Counted from the stretch's first letter, positions 9,251-19,317 are shown. The stretch: DNA of 64,000 nucleotides from Desulfosoma sp. (GCA_037481835.1 JBBFKW010000008.1:1-64000); one strand, 5' to 3'. Made by a program: numbers and translations. Notes: generated by a model from the sequence alone, not told the origin.

Positions 9251-12235
9251 ATGAACAACGATCTGGAGCGAAGGATTCGGCAGACTGGTCTATGGCTTTA
9301 CCAGCTCATCGAAGATGAAACCCCTTCCCTTTTCCGAAAGGATTACTGGACCGGCAAGGTCATGGACTGGTGCATGCACAATGAAGCCTTCAAAGTGGAA
9401 ATGTTTCGATTCATCGATGTCTTCCCCTATCTCACGCGCCCCGAATCCGTGGCGAAACATCTCCAAGAGTACTTCTGTCGTCCGGACCAGTGCTTTCCGG
9501 CGGCGCTCCAATGGGGGCTGCGGCAACTGTCGCCCTCTTCCTTTGCGGCAAAGATGGTGGCCAAGACCATGGCGAAGAACATCGCGTCCATGGGAGCGCA
9601 GTTCATCGCCGGTGCGACCCCCCGAGAAGCCCTGGGCACTTTGGAAACCCTGAGAAGCCAGGGCCTGGCCTTCACGGTGGATCTGTTGGGAGAAGCCGTG
9701 GTGTCCCATGCCGAGGAAGAGGAATATCTGAACCGCTACCTGGAACTCCTGGACTTTCTCGCAGAGGCGTCCAAAGCCTGGCCCCCTCTGGGCGGAGGAT
9801 CGGGGGACCTGGATTGGGGATTCGCCCCCAAGGTGAACATTTCCCTGAAGCCTTCCGCCTTGTATTCCCAGATGAATCCGGTGGCCTTCGACCATTCCGT
9901 GGATCGGGCGAAGGAGCGTTTGCGCCCCATTTTCCGAAAAGCCGTGGCGACGGGAGCCTTTGTGTGCCTCGATATGGAGCATACGGCCCTCAAGAACATC
10001 ACTTTGGCGCTCTACAAGAGCCTCATGGAAGAGCCCGAGTTCAGGGACTATCCCCACACGGGTCTCGTTATCCAGTCCTATTTGCAAGACAGCGAGGAAG
10101 ACCTCAGAGCGTTCATCCAATGGGCGAAGAAAAGAGGCCGGCCATGCACGGTGCGCCTCGTCAAAGGAGCCTATTGGGATGCGGAGGTCGTGTGGGCGCG
10201 CCAGAACCGCTGGCCGGTTCCGGTCTTCACGAACAAATACGAAACCGACGCCAATTTCGAAAAGCTCGCACGCATCCTTTTGGAAAACCACACTGTCGTG
10301 GCCTGCGCGTGTGCCTCCCACAACATCCGAAGCCTCGCCTACGTGCTGGAACTTTCCAAAGACCTCAAGGTCCCGCCGGATCGCTTGGAATACCAGATTC
10401 TTTTCGGCATGGCGGAACCGGTGCGCACGGCCCTGAAGAAGGCGGAAATGCCCCTTCGCCTTTATACGCCCATCGGCGAAATCATCCCGGGCATGGCCTA
10501 TCTGGTGCGGCGTTTGCTCGAAAACACGAGCAACGAGTCCTTCCTTCGGTTGAGTTTTTCCGAAGGCGTGGCTCGGGAAGCCCTGCTGAGGAATCCGGTG
10601 GAACTCATGGCCGAGCATCCCGTCTCCGAGCCGAAGGAACCGCCGGCTCCGGAATACGGCGATAAGGGTCCGTTTCGTAACGAGCCGCCCTGGGACTGGA
10701 CCCAGGAAGAGGTGCGTCGCTCCTTCCAAAAAGCGCTGCGCACGGTCCGAAAAGGTTTTCCCGTAAGAGTGCCTCTGATCATTGCCGGCTCCAAGGTTTG
10801 GGCGAAAGAAACCTTCCCTTCCACCAATCCCAACGACACGAGAGAAATCGTCGGGATGGTGGCGGCGGCGGGCCGCGAAGAGGCGCAGCGGGCCGTTCAG
10901 GCGGCGAAGGACGCCTTTGCGGCCTGGCGAGACACGCCTCCTCGGGAGCGCGCCGAATTCTTGTTCAAGGCGGCGGAAGCGGCTCGATCCCAACGATACG
11001 AACTTGCGGCGCTCCAGGTCCTTGAGGTGGGCAAGAGTTGGAAGGAAGCCGATGCCGATGTTTGCGAAGCTATCGATTTTCTGGAGTACTACGGCCGTGA
11101 AATGATTCGGCTCGGCACGCCGCGCCGCATGGGTCGAGTTCCCGGAGAAATCAGCCACCTTTTTTATGAGCCCCGAGGCGTCGCGGCGGTCATCGCCCCA
11201 TGGAATTTTCCCTTGGCCATTTCCATGGGGATGACCTCTGCGGCCCTGGTAACGGGAAATACCGTCGTATACAAGCCCGCGTCCCAATCGCCCGTGATCG
11301 GCTCCTGGATTGTGCGCCTTTTTGAAAAAGCAGGGCTTCCTCCCGGTGTGTTGAATTTCTTGCCGGGGCCGGGATCGGTTGTGGGAGAGGTTCTCGTCAC
11401 CCACCCGGACGTGGCCCTGATCGCCTTTACCGGGAGCAAGGAAGTGGGGCTGCGCCTCATCGAACAGGCCGCAAAAACACCTGCCGGGGCTCAGTGCATC
11501 AAGAACGTGATTGCCGAGCTGGGCGGCAAGAATGCCATCATTATCGATGCCGACGCCGATTTGGACGAAGCCGTGGTGCAGGTGTTGCACTCCGCCTTCG
11601 GGTATCAAGGCCAAAAATGTTCCGCCTGTTCCCGCCTCATCGTCCTTGAAGAAAACTATGACAAGCTCATCACCCGGCTGCGGGCGGCGGCGGAAAGCTT
11701 GGAGTTGGGTCCGGTGGAGGACCCGAAGAACATGGTGGGAGCCGTAATCGATGCCGGGGCTAAGAAAAAGATCCTGGAATACATCGAGATCGGCAAAAAG
11801 GAAGGTACGGTGCTCGTCGAAAGATCCTTCGGTGATGAAAACGGCCATTTCGTGCCCTTGACCATCTTTACGGACATCCAGCCGCACCATCGCCTGGCGC
11901 AAGAAGAAATCTTCGGCCCCGTGCTCAGCGTGATCAAAGTGCGCACCTTTGATGAGGCCCTCGATGTGGCCAATGGAACGCCCTATGCGCTGACGGGTGC
12001 GGTCTTCAGCCGAAGCCCGGGGAACATCGACAAGGCCCGGAAGTCCTTCCGAGTGGGAAACCTCTACATCAACCGCGGGTGCACGGGAGCCATCGTGGAA
12101 CGGCATCCCTTCGGCGGGTTCAAAATGTCGGGCATCGGCTCCAAGGCGGGCGGTCCGGATTATCTTCTGCAGTTTATGGTGCCGAGAAACGTGGCGGAAA
12201 ACACCTTGCGGCGCGGGTTCGCCCCCATGGAATGA
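9251..12235 (+). CDS. putA: Bifunctional proline dehydrogenase / L-glutamate gamma-semialdehyde dehydrogenase
   Basis: VDLLGE, RLVKGAYWD, ASHN, YLVRRLLEN (PRODH); APWNFP, ELGGKN, GQKCSA, EEIFGP (ALDH); no N-terminal RHH domain. Confidence 0.96.
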   Translation: MNNDLERRIRQTGLWLYQLIEDETPSLFRKDYWTGKVMDWCMHNEAFKVEMFRFIDVFPYLTRPESVAKHLQEYFCRPDQCFPAALQWGLRQLSPSSFAAKMVAKTMAKNIASMGAQFIAGATPREALGTLETLRSQGLAFTVDLLGEAVVSHAEEEEYLNRYLELLDFLAEASKAWPPLGGGSGDLDWGFAPKVNISLKPSALYSQMNPVAFDHSVDRAKERLRPIFRKAVATGAFVCLDMEHTALKNITLALYKSLMEEPEFRDYPHTGLVIQSYLQDSEEDLRAFIQWAKKRGRPCTVRLVKGAYWDAEVVWARQNRWPVPVFTNKYETDANFEKLARILLENHTVVACACASHNIRSLAYVLELSKDLKVPPDRLEYQILFGMAEPVRTALKKAEMPLRLYTPIGEIIPGMAYLVRRLLENTSNESFLRLSFSEGVAREALLRNPVELMAEHPVSEPKEPPAPEYGDKGPFRNEPPWDWTQEEVRRSFQKALRTVRKGFPVRVPLIIAGSKVWAKETFPSTNPNDTREIVGMVAAAGREEAQRAVQAAKDAFAAWRDTPPRERAEFLFKAAEAARSQRYELAALQVLEVGKSWKEADADVCEAIDFLEYYGREMIRLGTPRRMGRVPGEISHLFYEPRGVAAVIAPWNFPLAISMGMTSAALVTGNTVVYKPASQSPVIGSWIVRLFEKAGLPPGVLNFLPGPGSVVGEVLVTHPDVALIAFTGSKEVGLRLIEQAAKTPAGAQCIKNVIAELGGKNAIIIDADADLDEAVVQVLHSAFGYQGQKCSACSRLIVLEENYDKLITRLRAAAESLELGPVEDPKNMVGAVIDAGAKKKILEYIEIGKKEGTVLVERSFGDENGHFVPLTIFTDIQPHHRLAQEEIFGPVLSVIKVRTFDEALDVANGTPYALTGAVFSRSPGNIDKARKSFRVGNLYINRGCTGAIVERHPFGGFKMSGIGSKAGGPDYLLQFMVPRNVAENTLRRGFAPME

Positions 12236-12244
12236 GGCTTTGGC

Positions 12245-12685
12245 TCAACGCACCATCCATAAGAGGGCGGCCCCGGCCGCCAGGCCGATCCCTAGTCCGA
12301 TCGTGAGAGGCCACCAGGGGATCGACGGCCTGCGACTTTGGCCTGTTTCCTCTTCCTCCGCCGTGTCCACGGACGTTTTGGACTTCTTTCCGGACGCCAG
12401 GTGAACCACCGTGGCGCCCCAGGATCCCAAAGCCGGCGGGGCGTCGTGAAATCCGAGAACCAAGGGATGGCGGGCCAAAAATGAGCGGACCCGGCTTCGC
12501 AAGACCCCCCTACCCTTTCCGTGGATGAGCCGCACGGTTTCATGCCCCAAGGCGTAGGCTTCCCTCAGGTAATCGTCCAGAAGAGGTTCCAGCTCCCGGG
12601 GGTCAAAGGTGTGCAGGTCCAGGGCCTGTTCCACGGGAACCCTGACAACCTGTGGAAGGGTCTTGTGGTCGTTTTTTGTTTTCAT
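12245..12685 (-). CDS. Smr-domain protein with C-terminal membrane anchor (146 aa)
   Basis: LDLH, VRLIHGKGRGVLR, GSWGATVV; hydrophobic tail WWPLTIGLGIGLAAGAALLW; ATG at 12685. Confidence 0.8.
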   Translation of the reverse strand: MKTKNDHKTLPQVVRVPVEQALDLHTFDPRELEPLLDDYLREAYALGHETVRLIHGKGRGVLRSRVRSFLARHPLVLGFHDAPPALGSWGATVVHLASGKKSKTSVDTAEEEETGQSRRPSIPWWPLTIGLGIGLAAGAALLWMVR

Positions 12686-13025
12686 GAGCGCACCTTCTCG
12701 TGGATGGCCCATCTTCAGATCCGCATTGCGTGAACTCCCGCAGAAAGTTTTACCGATCGCAGCGGGACTTCCCCGCGACGCACTGTGGAAGGGACCGCGC
12801 CCTGAACGAACATCGCCCGAAAACCGGCCCCGGCAAAATGTTTCTCGCACCGGCATGAGCTTTTCGATGCGTTTCAAAACGGCACTCCGAAACGGGGGTT
12901 GCCACCTCCTCAAGCGCGTCTTATAAAGCGGTGCGTCTCTAGGTCGCAAATGACGTTTTTGCGTCGCGGGGGCTGTGTCGGTCGTCACCAGAGGCTGTGG
13001 CGCTTGGAAAGGGAGGGAATGTCCC

Positions 13026-14978
13026 ATGAGTCCATCGATCCGCGTGACCTTTCAACCGGAAAACAAGACGATTCTTGCCGAACCGGGCGAGACCCTGCTG
13101 GATGTGGCCGGCTCGGCGGGGATTTACATCAACAGCCTGTGCGGCGGCCAAGGGGTGTGCGGCAAATGCCGGCTCAAGGTGGTCAAAGGATCGGTGGAAT
13201 TCACCAGCAAGGGGGTGGGGTTCCTGGACCGCAAGGAAGTGGACGCCGGATACGTGCTCGCCTGCCAAGCCACGGTGAAGGATGAGGACATCGAGGTCTG
13301 GATTCCTCCCGAATCCCGTCAGGAAGAAGAACAAATTCTCATGGTGGACCACATCCTCCACTACACCCCCCCGGAAGTGATCGAGGAAGGGCGGGCGTCC
13401 GCGCCCATCCCCTATTTCAATCCCCTGTGCACGAAAATTTTCTTGCAGCTCCCTGAACCGTCGATCCAGGACAACCTTTCCGATCTTGAGAGAATTTATA
13501 GGGAACTCCACAAAAAATTCCCGGACGTGAAGTGGGAAGCGGATTTCGGGTGCCTCAAGAACCTCGGGCGACTCCTTCGAGACAACAATTGGCGGGTGAC
13601 GGCTCTGGCCCATATGCTGGACCCTCACTGTTATCATATTCGGGCTTTGGAGCCCGGGGACACGAGCCGGCGGAGTTACGGCGTCGCCATCGACGTGGGA
13701 ACGACAACCATCGTCACCCAGCTCATCGACCACAAAACGGGCCAGATCACGGCCGTGGAAGCCAGCCACAACCAGCAGGCCCGATACGGGGAAGATGTGA
13801 TTTCCCGTATGGTTTTCGCCTGCGGCCGCGGCGGCATGGACCCCCTGAAAAACGCCGTGGTCACGACCATCAACTCCTTGGTCAATTCCCTCGTGGCGGC
13901 GGCGGGGATCAGCCATCACGACATTATTTCCTTTGTGGCTGCGGGAAACACGACCATGACCCATTTGCTCCTCGGGCTGGAACCGTGCACGATCCGCCTG
14001 GAGCCGTACATCCCGACGGCCACGCGCTTTCCGTGGGCGCGGGCCGCCGACGTGGGCTTGATCGGCCATCCCGAGGCCATGCTGCACTGCATGCCGTGTG
14101 TGAGCAGCTACGTGGGCGGCGACATCACGGCGGGAGTCTTGGCGTGCGGAATGAACGACAAGCCGGAACTGAGCGCTCTGATCGACATCGGCACCAACGG
14201 CGAAATCGTCATCGGCAACAACGATTGGCTTGTGTGCTGTTCGGCGTCGGCCGGACCAGCCTTCGAAGGCGGCGGCACCAAATGCGGCATGCGTGCGACA
14301 AAGGGCGCCATCCAAAAAGTGCGCATCCGTGGGCATGAGACGGCCTATGAGACCGTCGGCGGAGGCAAAGCCAAGGGCATTTGCGGATCCGGGCTCATCG
14401 ATCTCATGGCCGAACTAGTGGCCGAAGACATTATCGACCAGAGCGGAAAATTCATTCGATTGGACCATCCTCACGTTCAGGTGATCGACGGCATTCCGGA
14501 GTTCGTCGTGGCTTATCCCCACGAAAGCGAAACGGGGCAGCCGGTGGTCATCACCCAGGACGACATCGGAAACCTCATGAAAAGCAAGGCGGCGGTTCTG
14601 GCCGCCATGAAGATCCTGCTGGAGAATTTGGGCTTGCGGTTCAGCGACCTGGAACGGATCTATGTGGCGGGAGGCTTTGGCGCCCATTTGGATATTGAAA
14701 AATCCATTCGGATCGGGTTGCTCCCCGACGTCCCCCTGGAACGCGTCCAGTTTATCGGGAACAGTTCGGTGGCCGGCGCCAGGCAGTGCCTGCTTTCCAC
14801 CCATGCCTTTCGCAAAGCCGGCGCCATCTCCCGGCAGATGACCTATTTCGAACTGTCCGTCCACCCGGGATTCATGAACGAATTCATCGCCGCCCTGTTC
14901 CTGCCGCACACGGATATGGAACTCTTTCCATCGGTGAAAACGTACTTGGCCCAGCGACGGGCACAGGCGGTGTCATAA
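13026..14978 (+). CDS. ASKHA/DUF4445 ATP-dependent reductive activator of corrinoid proteins (RACo/AcsV-like) with N-terminal 2Fe-2S domain
   Basis: CGGQGVCGKC...LAC; DVGTTTI, YGEDVISR, YVGGDI, DIGTNGE, AGPAFEG, GICGSG, AGGFG. Confidence 0.92.
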   Translation: MSPSIRVTFQPENKTILAEPGETLLDVAGSAGIYINSLCGGQGVCGKCRLKVVKGSVEFTSKGVGFLDRKEVDAGYVLACQATVKDEDIEVWIPPESRQEEEQILMVDHILHYTPPEVIEEGRASAPIPYFNPLCTKIFLQLPEPSIQDNLSDLERIYRELHKKFPDVKWEADFGCLKNLGRLLRDNNWRVTALAHMLDPHCYHIRALEPGDTSRRSYGVAIDVGTTTIVTQLIDHKTGQITAVEASHNQQARYGEDVISRMVFACGRGGMDPLKNAVVTTINSLVNSLVAAAGISHHDIISFVAAGNTTMTHLLLGLEPCTIRLEPYIPTATRFPWARAADVGLIGHPEAMLHCMPCVSSYVGGDITAGVLACGMNDKPELSALIDIGTNGEIVIGNNDWLVCCSASAGPAFEGGGTKCGMRATKGAIQKVRIRGHETAYETVGGGKAKGICGSGLIDLMAELVAEDIIDQSGKFIRLDHPHVQVIDGIPEFVVAYPHESETGQPVVITQDDIGNLMKSKAAVLAAMKILLENLGLRFSDLERIYVAGGFGAHLDIEKSIRIGLLPDVPLERVQFIGNSSVAGARQCLLSTHAFRKAGAISRQMTYFELSVHPGFMNEFIAALFLPHTDMELFPSVKTYLAQRRAQAVS

Positions 14979-14999
14979 GATGCTGCGGGGCACGCGATC

Positions 15000-15242
15000 A
15001 TGAGTTCATCCTGTCGATTTCATCCGGAACGCGAGGCCGTGGTGCGCTGTGAAAAGTTCGAATACGGCTACTGCCAGGAATGTGTCGATGCCTGCCAAGC
15101 CTGTACGGACCCCGAGCTCTATTGCCGTCATCGCACGGCCTGTATCATTTGGGAGCTCTGCCGCCGCGAGGTGAAAAGGCGCCGGCGTGAAGCCTGTGAC
15201 CAGGCGGCCCGTGAAACCGAACCGACACCTCCCTCGCTGTAG
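15000..15242 (+). CDS. Small Cys-rich, B-box-like zinc-finger protein (80 aa)
   Basis: CRFHP...C...YCQEC...C..C.DP.LYC.HR.AC pattern; starts 22 nt after the RACo stop. Confidence 0.7.
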   Translation: MSSSCRFHPEREAVVRCEKFEYGYCQECVDACQACTDPELYCRHRTACIIWELCRREVKRRRREACDQAARETEPTPPSL

Positions 15243-15371
15243 GAACCGGTGCACAGGCAATGCCGATCGCGCCTGGGGCGACTCGCCCTGTGCCCGCCCC
15301 AAAAAGCTGATTTTCCCGTTCGGGCATGCCAAGGCGGTCTCGAAAATGGGGTCCAAGAGATCGGAAAAGTT

Positions 15372-16208
15372 CTATCGGGACTGCGGCACCTTGACGATGA
15401 TGGGCTTATCCTTTTCCGATGCGGAGATCTTTTCCGCCGCTTTTTGCGCTTCGGCCTGAGAGGCGAAAGGAGCGACCCGAACGGCGTAGAGCGCGCCCAG
15501 CTTCGGATGCCGAAAAGGCGTGATTTCCGGCTGGAAACCGAATTTTTTCAGCCTTTCCACGGCCTGTTGGGCGTTTTCCTTTTGGGAATAAGCTCCGACC
15601 TGGACGGCATAGGCCCAGGATCCCGACGCATCGGCCGCAGCGGAAGGCTTTTGCGGCGTGGAGGTGAGCTGCACCGGCGATTTTTCTGTTTTCGCCGAGG
15701 GGGGCGCAGCAGGTTGCGATCCGGCTTTTGCAGCGGCCGTTGTCTGAGTCCCCGAAGGCGCCGGCGTACCGGAAGCCTTGGAAGCCGCACTTGATGCCGG
15801 ATTTTTGGTTTCGGTTCCCGGGGTCCTCGCCGCCTCGGTCCCGCCGCCCGCCGAAGCACCTGGGGCAAGCCCCGCGGAGCCTTGTCCTTCCCCTTGGCCT
15901 TGAGGCGCCGGCGTCCCCCCTGAAGGGTCGGTGTCCTTGGGCGGCGCCGGTCCGGCCTTGTCCAGGGACAAGACCTGGGGTTCCGGCACGGTCATCTTGG
16001 GGATTTCCCGGTAGAGCTTGGGCTTTCCCGCGTCTCCGTCGTCTCCGATGGGCGGTTGGGCTTTTTGCTTCCAGACCAAGGCGAGAACGAGCACGAAGAC
16101 GATGCCGATGGACAGCGCCATGAAAATCCTGCCGAGCAGGGCCTTCGGCATGCCGCCTTTGTTGTTTTGAGTGCGCGCCTTCGGCACGAAAATCTTCTTT
16201 TTTTGCAT
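15372..16208 (-). CDS. SPOR-domain protein (membrane-anchored, peptidoglycan-binding)
   Basis: N-terminal TM, Ala/Pro/Thr-rich linker, C-terminal YAVQVGAYSQKENA...YAVRVAPF..QAEA. Confidence 0.88.
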   Translation of the reverse strand: MQKKKIFVPKARTQNNKGGMPKALLGRIFMALSIGIVFVLVLALVWKQKAQPPIGDDGDAGKPKLYREIPKMTVPEPQVLSLDKAGPAPPKDTDPSGGTPAPQGQGEGQGSAGLAPGASAGGGTEAARTPGTETKNPASSAASKASGTPAPSGTQTTAAAKAGSQPAAPPSAKTEKSPVQLTSTPQKPSAAADASGSWAYAVQVGAYSQKENAQQAVERLKKFGFQPEITPFRHPKLGALYAVRVAPFASQAEAQKAAEKISASEKDKPIIVKVPQSR

Positions 16209-16212
16209 GGGA

Positions 16213-17403
16213 TCACCTCAACGAACGGGCTTTGTCCATGGCCCGGGCAAAACCCGGCAGCGCCCTTTCGATGGTTTCGTCGGCAACGCAATAGGCCAAT
16301 CGAAAATACCCGGGCCCCCCGAAACCACTTCCGGGAACCGCCAAGATCTTTTCTTCCACCAGCAGGCGCACAAAAGCCACATCGTCGGCAAGCGGGCTCC
16401 TGGGGAAAAGGTAGAAGGCTCCAGGCGGCTCAAAACACTCGTAACCGGCCTTTTTCAATCCCGCGTAGAGTGTGTCCCGCTTGGCCCGGTACAGGGCCAC
16501 ATCGACCGATTCCTCGAGAAGATCGGGAAGGATCCACTGCATGAGTGCCGGCGCATTGACAAAACCGAGGATGCGGTTGGCCAAGACCAGGGCTCCTTGG
16601 ACGGCGGCCTGGTCGTCGGCCTGGGGGTGAAGGACGGCGTAGCCGATGCGTTCTCCGGGAAGGGAAAGGTCCTTGGAAAAGGACGTGGCGATCAGCGCAT
16701 TTTCATAACATTGGAAGATGGATGGGGGCTTTTCGGCGGTGTAGACGATCTTTCGGTAAGGCTCGTCGGAGATGAGGAAAATGGGATGTCCCACGACGCG
16801 GCTCTTTCGGCGAAGGAGGTCCCCCAGCGCCTTGAGATCAGCAGCGCTGTAGACCTGTCCCGTGGGGTTGTTGGGAGAATTGATCAAGACCACCTTTGTC
16901 TTGAGCCCCACGGCGGCCTCCAGCGCTTCCAGGTCCAAGGAAAAATCGGAAGCGGTGGGAACGGTTTTAAGGATTCCGCCGTGGTTTTCCGCATAGAAAC
17001 CGTATTCCACGAAAAAAGGGGCCGGGACGACCACTTCGTCTCCGGGATCCAAAAGGGCTTTCAAAATCACGTTGAGAGCCCCCGCCGCACCGCACGTCAT
17101 GATGACCTGGTCCGCCGTGACGGGAACGCCGTGTTCGCGGGTGAGATACGCGGCGAGCTTTTCACGCGTTTCCGGCAATCCGGCGTTGGGCATGTAGCTG
17201 TGGAGCGTTTCGGTTCCGTTTTCAATGACCCTGAGAAGGGCTCGTTTGACGGAAGGCGGCGGCGGGACGTTGGGATTTCCCAGGCTGAAGTCGAAGACCT
17301 TGTCGGGTCCGTGGATTTTCTTAAGCCGAGCCCCCTCTTCGAACATTTTTCGAATCCAGGACGCCCGATCCATATAGGAACGCATGTGGTGCGCAATGCT
17401 CAT
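16213..17403 (-). CDS. PLP-dependent class I/II (aspartate-type) aminotransferase
   Basis: FSLGNP, NSPNNPTG, SDEPY, SFSKDLSLPGERIGY, GAFY; ATG at 17403 with GGAGG RBS. Confidence 0.93.
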   Translation of the reverse strand: MSIAHHMRSYMDRASWIRKMFEEGARLKKIHGPDKVFDFSLGNPNVPPPPSVKRALLRVIENGTETLHSYMPNAGLPETREKLAAYLTREHGVPVTADQVIMTCGAAGALNVILKALLDPGDEVVVPAPFFVEYGFYAENHGGILKTVPTASDFSLDLEALEAAVGLKTKVVLINSPNNPTGQVYSAADLKALGDLLRRKSRVVGHPIFLISDEPYRKIVYTAEKPPSIFQCYENALIATSFSKDLSLPGERIGYAVLHPQADDQAAVQGALVLANRILGFVNAPALMQWILPDLLEESVDVALYRAKRDTLYAGLKKAGYECFEPPGAFYLFPRSPLADDVAFVRLLVEEKILAVPGSGFGGPGYFRLAYCVADETIERALPGFARAMDKARSLR

Positions 17404-17524
17404 GAAACCCCCTCCTGCAACCATGACGACGGATGGCGGCCCATCTTAAGACAAGCGCGCGTCTTCTCGGGCAATCTCCTAGCAGACTTGGCTGTTTTCA
17501 GCAAGGACGTATTGGCGTGGCGTT

Positions 17525-18064
17525 TCACCCCCATGAATAGACGCTCAGGGTCTCCCGTTCCCAGGATAAGCTTCGAAGAAGGGGCCGACCGTCGGGGGGG
17601 AAATGAGGCCCGTAGACCAAGAGAGTCCCCGACCACCCGTGGAGTTTTGCGATGAGCGAATCCAGGGGCTTGTCGGGATAGATATAGAGGACGTCAAAGG
17701 GATCCAGCCTCAGGCTGAGGAAATCGCCGCAGAGGAAGGCCGTGCGGTAGAGAAGGCCCAGAGCGCCGGCGTTTTCCCGCGCGATCCGGCACAGATCGGG
17801 ATCGGCTTCGATCCCCACGGCCCGGGTGAACAGGGCCGCGCCACACACCGCCACGCCGTCCCCGCAGCCCAGATCGCCAAAAAGGCGGTATCGGTCGAGG
17901 CCCAGTTCGTGAAAAAAGTGCAGGACGGCTTCCGGGCGGGACGTCGCCCACGCCCCGCGCGACGTCATTTTGTAGGTCCCGCCGGTCCCTTCGCAGTACC
18001 GGTATTGGTCTGCAAAGTGGCGAAGCACCCTTTGGGAAAGAACGCCCCGATCGGGGACGCTCAT
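17525..18064 (-). CDS. Class I SAM-dependent methyltransferase
   Basis: GDLGCGDG, GIE, GDFL, LYIYP; ATGA overlap with the upstream gene. Confidence 0.8.
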   Translation of the reverse strand: MSVPDRGVLSQRVLRHFADQYRYCEGTGGTYKMTSRGAWATSRPEAVLHFFHELGLDRYRLFGDLGCGDGVAVCGAALFTRAVGIEADPDLCRIARENAGALGLLYRTAFLCGDFLSLRLDPFDVLYIYPDKPLDSLIAKLHGWSGTLLVYGPHFPPDGRPLLRSLSWERETLSVYSWG

Positions 18065-18870
18065 TTGCGTCCCCCGACCACGCTGCGTTCTTTGTAAATC
18101 CCTGCAGGTACGGAAGCGAGCGGGAAGACGAGGCATCGTTTGCCGAGGATAGTCCCGGGGTTGGTCACGGCATTGCACCCGATTTCGGTCCCGTCTCCGA
18201 TGATGGCCCCCAACTTGCGCCGCCCGGTATCGAGAGCGCCGCCGTTGGTCCAGATGCGGATGACGTTCCCTTTAATCTTCAGGTTGGCCAGTTTCGTTCC
18301 GGCGCCCAGGTTCACGTCGTTCCCCAAAATGCTGTCCCCCACGTAGGCGAAATGGCCCGCCTTGGCCCCGTTGAGAAAGATGCTCCCCTTGACTTCCGTG
18401 GTGTGGCCCACCACGCAGCGGTCCCCAACGAGGCATGTGCCGCGGATGTACGCCCCCTGGCGCACTTCGGTGCCGTTTCCAATGACGGTCGGCCCTTTGA
18501 TCAAGGCCCCCGGTTCCACCACGGTCCCTTTGCCCAGTTGCACCGCGGCGTCCATGAAAACGCATCCGCCGTACAAAACCGTGGCCTCCGTGGTTTCTTC
18601 GCCGCGCACCCGCACCCGAAAAGTCCCTTTGGTGGGATCCCCCCCGAGAATTTCAAAACCGTCGAACCACACTTTGCCGCCGAAAAGGACCACCGTCTTG
18701 GGAAGCGGCTCTCCGTACAGGCCCAGGCCCTTAATGGAAGACACCAGCCGTTGTTCCAGGTATTTCTTGAGCCCGGAAAGGGCTTGCCAGACGGGCTCAT
18801 CCACCGGGAAGACGTCTCGATGGGAGAACTCCTGCAGATCAAAAAGCATGGCCGCATAGATGGTTTCCAT
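18061..18870 (-). CDS. Hexapeptide-repeat (left-handed beta-helix) acyltransferase, GlmU C-terminal-like
   Basis: IKGPTVIG, EVRQGAYIRG, HFAYVGDSILG, NLGAGTKLAN, RRKLGAIIGD; no nucleotidyltransferase domain visible. Confidence 0.82.
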   Translation of the reverse strand: METIYAAMLFDLQEFSHRDVFPVDEPVWQALSGLKKYLEQRLVSSIKGLGLYGEPLPKTVVLFGGKVWFDGFEILGGDPTKGTFRVRVRGEETTEATVLYGGCVFMDAAVQLGKGTVVEPGALIKGPTVIGNGTEVRQGAYIRGTCLVGDRCVVGHTTEVKGSIFLNGAKAGHFAYVGDSILGNDVNLGAGTKLANLKIKGNVIRIWTNGGALDTGRRKLGAIIGDGTEIGCNAVTNPGTILGKRCLVFPLASVPAGIYKERSVVGGRK

Positions 18871-18873
18871 GGC

Positions 18874-19317
18874 CTACCCTTCTTTCGAGGCCAAGAGCCG
18901 ACCGTGTTCGATTTTGATGCATTTGTTCATGACGACCTTCAGGCCGGCACTTCTCGCCTTTTCGGCGGATTCGTTGTGGCACAGCCCGAGTTGCATCCAC
19001 ACGGCTTTGGCCCCCACATCCAGCGCTTCGTCCACGATGGCCGGGATGGCTTCGATGTTACGAAAAATGTCCACGATGTCGATGGGCACGGGTACGGATT
19101 TCAGATCCGGGTAACAGGGCTCGCCCAGCACTTCCTTGTACTTGGGGTTGACGGGAATCATGGTGTAGCCGTGCTCCTTGAGGTATCGGGCGACCTTGTG
19201 GCTGTCCCGGTCTTCCTTGTGGGACACGCCCACCACGGCGACGGTTTTTGCCGATTCCAAAAGAGTCTTGATTTCCGGATCGGGCAGGTTTTCGCGGGGC
19301 AGTTCGCATTCGGCCAT
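18874..19317 (-). CDS. CoA-binding protein (YccU-like)
   Basis: TVAVVGVS, IPVNP, IDIVDIFR, VWMQLG, MNKCIKIEH; ATG at 19317 with AGGAGG RBS. Confidence 0.9.
   Translation of the reverse strand: MAECELPRENLPDPEIKTLLESAKTVAVVGVSHKEDRDSHKVARYLKEHGYTMIPVNPKYKEVLGEPCYPDLKSVPVPIDIVDIFRNIEAIPAIVDEALDVGAKAVWMQLGLCHNESAEKARSAGLKVVMNKCIKIEHGRLLASKEG

Noticed and set aside
9290..12106. 938-aa antisense ORF opposite putA; similar long ORFs at 12939-14336, 16171-17655, 43748-45511, 47980-50142, 50945-52489, 54414-56123, 59362-60870 and 60941-62440
   Set aside because: Shadow ORFs expected from high-GC codon bias; each mirrors a well-supported gene and has no recognisable motifs
12740..12810. Possible cobalamin riboswitch upstream of the RACo gene (CCCCGC...ACTGT...GGAAGG)
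   Set aside because: Only fragments match; the GGGAA-GGTG-AA-TCC core and downstream B12 box are not evident. An Infernal/Rfam search would settle it
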